From positions 1 through 64,000 of the forward strand of contig CAVWLW010000017.1 in the NCBI GenBank assembly GCA_963755715.1: a DNA stretch of 64,000 nt, given 5' to 3'. The stretch is from an uncultured delta proteobacterium. Lineage in GTDB: Bacteria; Desulfobacterota; Binatia; UBA9968. The position numbers and the translations under genes are program-made. Each line of letters starts with the position of its first letter. Within the stretch, counting starts at the first letter, position 1. The notes under the pieces are model-generated. The model was not told where the DNA came from, searched no databases, and worked only from the letters and a program-made list of their open reading frames with translations. Positions 60,702 to 64,000 of this stretch are shown here, piece by piece.

Positions 60702-62134
60702 ATGCGCAGACTGCTTCGGGATGTCGGCTTTTGCAAAAACCTAATCCTCTTCATCGTTCTTCTGTTGCCGGCATCCTCAGTGCAGAGCCAGCCACGCGCC
60801 GAATCCGGCATTCCTAAATATGTCTTCTTCTTTCTCTCTGACGGCGGCGGCATGACCCATTTGGAAATCGCCCGGCAGTACAATCTGCAAGTGCGTAACG
60901 AAGGCTTCGTCATCGTCGACAAAATCATGAAGCAAGGCAGCGTCGGCGTGATGACGACACACGCGGCCGATTCGTTGTCGACCGATTCGGCGGCAGCGGC
61001 CACCGCGCTCGCCGGCGGATGTAAGGCGAACCTCGGCGCCCTCGGCATTTGCGCCGATGGCACCCCGACGATCAGCGCCATGGAGTTGGCACGCCGCCGC
61101 GGCATGCGCCTCGGGTTGGTCACCAACGCCCCGGTCTACGACGCCAGTCCGGCGGCATTCGTCTGCCACGTGCCCAACCGGCGCGACTATGCGGCAATCA
61201 TCGATCGTTACTTGGAATTGGAACCGTACGTCTTAATGGGCGGAGGCAAAGAGCAGTTTTTGCCCAAGAGCCAGCCGGCAGTCGCCGAACCGATGAAACT
61301 GACATGATCGCCGCCTTCGGGAAGAAAGGTTATCGCTTCGCCGACACGAAAGAGGAGCTTGAGCGGCCGACCTCCGGCAAGCTTCTCGGTCTTTTCGCGC
61401 CCAGAGATATGAGTTTCGAACTGGACCGGGACAAAGACCGCGAGCCGTCGGTTTACGACATGACCCGGGCGACAATACGACTGCTGCACGATCAGAATCC
61501 GCGCGGCTTTTTCGCGTTTATCGAATCGGAAAATATCGACAGCGCGGCGCATATCTCGGATATCGCTTCGGTGATTCACGACTACAGGGAATTCGACCGC
61601 GCTGTCGGCCTCGCCTACGATTTCTATCGTAAATACCCGCATGACACTTTGATCATCGTCACCTCCGATCATGAAACCGGCGGCTTGGGATTTACTCTGG
61701 CGCTTAAAGATTTGACCAGTACGAAGGCCAGCAACCAAGTAGCGGCTACGACCGCCGATCTGAAAAAATTGCAATTACTCGATATCTCGCTGCAGAAAGC
61801 AGCCCAGATACTGGGCCCTCATCCCAGTGCCGACGCGGTCGACAAGCTTATGCGCGAGCACTTCGCTGGATTCGTTTTGGCGCCCGAATTCAAGGAGGCG
61901 ATCATCAAACGTCAGCCGGTTTCCCGCACCATGTTTTTAGACTTGACCGCCAACACCCTCGGCTTGATGGTGGCGAACAACACGCAAGCCTATTGGCAAA
62001 CCGCCACGCACACGAACCAGCCGGTGCTCGTCGCGGCGCTCGGTGTGGGCGCCGAGCGCTTTCGTGGTTACTACGATAACGCCGATTTCGGTAAAATTTT
62101 GAAAAATCTAATCGAAGGAAAGCCGACGAAGTAA
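60702..62134 (+). CDS. phoA: Alkaline phosphatase (frameshift near 61280)
   Basis: SDGGG, TDSAAAATA, DASPAAF, ESENIDSAAH, TSDHETGG, THT. Confidence 0.88.
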
Positions 62135-62177
62135 GCTAATCTCGTCGGCACTAGGTCGTGATTCGCGAGACCTATCT

Positions 62178-63305
62178 CTACCCCGCCACGGACACGCCGA
62201 ACAGCCAACCGACGCTATAGGTGATCGCGGAAACCAGCAAGCCGATCCCCAGCATGCGCGCGCCGCTCAGCAGCGGGCCACGCGCGGTGAAGATCGACAA
62301 CACGGCGCCAACTGTGAACAAAGCGCAAAAACTGAGCGATGCGCTGGCAATCCACGCCTTGGTGCCGGCGGTCAAGAGATACGGAGCGACAGGCACAAAG
62401 GCGCCGACGACGAACGCAAAAAACGAGCTCATCGCGGCGGTCCACGGCGATCCGAGTCCTGCCGGATCGAGCCCGAGCTCTTCGCGCGCGAGCGTATCGA
62501 TTGCGGTTTTTGGATTTTGAATGATGCGCTGCGCCAGCCGCGACGCTTCTTGTTCGGGAATCCCCTTGGCTTGATAGATAAGCGAGAGCTCTTCCTCCTC
62601 CTCCTTGGGAGAAATTTCCAGCTCTTCTTTCTCGATGGCGATCTGCTGCTCGAAGACTTCCCGTTGCGCGCCGACCGAAACGTATTCACCCGCGGCCATG
62701 GAAAAAGAACCGGCCAGCAGACCGGCGACCCCGGCCAAAATGATATACTCGGGCTTCGCCTCCGCCCCTGCAAATCCCATGACGAGACTGAAATTCGAAA
62801 GCAGCCCGTCGTTAATGCCGAACACCGCCGCGCGTAGGCCGCCGCCGTACGCCGAAATGTGCCAACGCTCAGTTCCGGCGATCGATTCCTGACCCGAGCT
62901 TTTCCCCTCCATTGCCATCAACGTCCGGCTATGCGCTCTTTCCTCCGCCGGCAGGCCGGCCGCCTCAGGCTGGCGCATGTAGCCCGCTTCGTCGCGCGCT
63001 TCCATGTTGCTGATGATCGGCACGACGCGGCGCGTGCCGAACCGCCGCGCCATCCAACCGAGCAGGCGCACCCGCGCCGATGGTTTATGCGCCGGCACGG
63101 CGCCGCCCCCCGCCTGAATCAACCTCGCCCAACGCTGCGCGTGCCGCTCTTCGTTCTGCGCGAGCTTTTCAAAAATCACCGCGCGCTGATCGTCCTTTTC
63201 AGCCGCGGCCATGGCGCGATACAGCGCGATACCGTCCATCTCGACGATATAATTTTGCCGATAACGCTCGACGTCCGCACCCGTTGAATTGCTTTGTTGC
63301 GCCAT
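62178..63305 (-). CDS. Ferritin/rubrerythrin-like domain fused to VIT1/CCC1 transporter
   Basis: N-terminal E...EERH and E...EERAH; LRAAVFGINDGL, SMAAGEYVSV, AREELG. Confidence 0.9.
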   Translation of the reverse strand: MAQQSNSTGADVERYRQNYIVEMDGIALYRAMAAAEKDDQRAVIFEKLAQNEERHAQRWARLIQAGGGAVPAHKPSARVRLLGWMARRFGTRRVVPIISNMEARDEAGYMRQPEAAGLPAEERAHSRTLMAMEGKSSGQESIAGTERWHISAYGGGLRAAVFGINDGLLSNFSLVMGFAGAEAKPEYIILAGVAGLLAGSFSMAAGEYVSVGAQREVFEQQIAIEKEELEISPKEEEEELSLIYQAKGIPEQEASRLAQRIIQNPKTAIDTLAREELGLDPAGLGSPWTAAMSSFFAFVVGAFVPVAPYLLTAGTKAWIASASLSFCALFTVGAVLSIFTARGPLLSGARMLGIGLLVSAITYSVGWLFGVSVAG

Positions 63306-63561
63306 CAGCCGCGCTCTTTCAGCGCTCGCGCAAAATAATTTTCCATCAAGTCCATCCTTGCCACAGGCGAACTTAAAGAGTCAAACAAACTGCCCATGGG
63401 GTTCGCCAGGCGATTTGTCGATCGGCCACGACTCATCACCCAGTACAGCGCGGAGATTTAATAATCAGACGAAGAAGTACTTCGTCGGCACTAACGTGGG
63501 CTCTAAAAATCTTCGGCAGAGTCAATTCAACCGATCAGAAATAGTGGTCAGACCGCAAGCG

Positions 63562-64000
63562 CTACGCGGGGGCGGTAAGCGGCAGGAATTTTTTGTCGAC
63601 GGGAATGTATTCATTAACGTAATGCTTCGCGTGGTAGATGGTCTGAGCTTTTTCGATGAACAACGCCGCGCCGAAGATCGCGACCAAGGCCCAACCTTCC
63701 GAACCTTTTTCACCGGTCAGCACGTCGATCAACGCGCCGACGAACAGGATCAAAAGAAGACCTTCCGTAACCGCATCGCCGAGACCCAACACCGGATGAC
63801 CCGTATAAAAGTAACCGCCGCCGGGATAAAGGACCGATAAGCGAATCGCCCGCTCGCCGTCTTTGAATTGTAACTGGCAGCTGGGACAAGTGAACTTTGC
63901 TTTCACGAGTCGCGCCTGGCATCTCGGACAAAGGTGATGCCTCTCACTCACTTCCGACGGCTGCCCTCCTTTCGGCAAAGTCGACAGCAGCGCCTTTAGC
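63562..64000 (-). CDS. Hypothetical membrane protein with double CxxC, 5' part probably outside window
   Basis: CPRC...CPSC, PGGGYFYTGH, two TM helices. Confidence 0.7.
   Translation of the reverse strand, partial: LKALLSTLPKGGQPSEVSERHHLCPRCQARLVKAKFTCPSCQLQFKDGERAIRLSVLYPGGGYFYTGHPVLGLGDAVTEGLLLILFVGALIDVLTGEKGSEGWALVAIFGAALFIEKAQTIYHAKHYVNEYIPVDKKFLPLTAPA

Overview
This looks like a bacterial chromosomal window, mostly housekeeping and metabolic genes. Gene content, notably four orphan NMT1/SsuA-type binding proteins, a TctC-TctAB set and the queA-tgt-yajC-secDF-recJ run, suggests a deltaproteobacteria-related genome such as Ca. Binatia (inference). More than ten genes, including essential ones, carry small indels, which points to noisy long-read assembly rather than real decay. 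The first ~1 kb (LVIVD-repeat and FlgD-Ig proteins) is abruptly joined to a 5'-truncated gltX and is probably chimeric. After tandem tRNA-Gln and tRNA-Glu genes lies a lower-GC accessory block. It holds a muramidase, a binding protein fused to LysM, an output-less HAMP membrane sensor and an ExeA-like AAA+ ATPase, bracketed by two paralogous helical proteins, with a 1.1 kb non-coding region carrying DnaA-box-like sites. This block is the best candidate for an undescribed system. Also found: a UxxC selenocysteine glutaredoxin missed by the ORF track, an ATPase-less PAS-HisKA-REC protein divergent from a KUP/KimA-like transporter, and several enzymes with altered catalytic motifs. All calls are by motif recognition; no searches were run.
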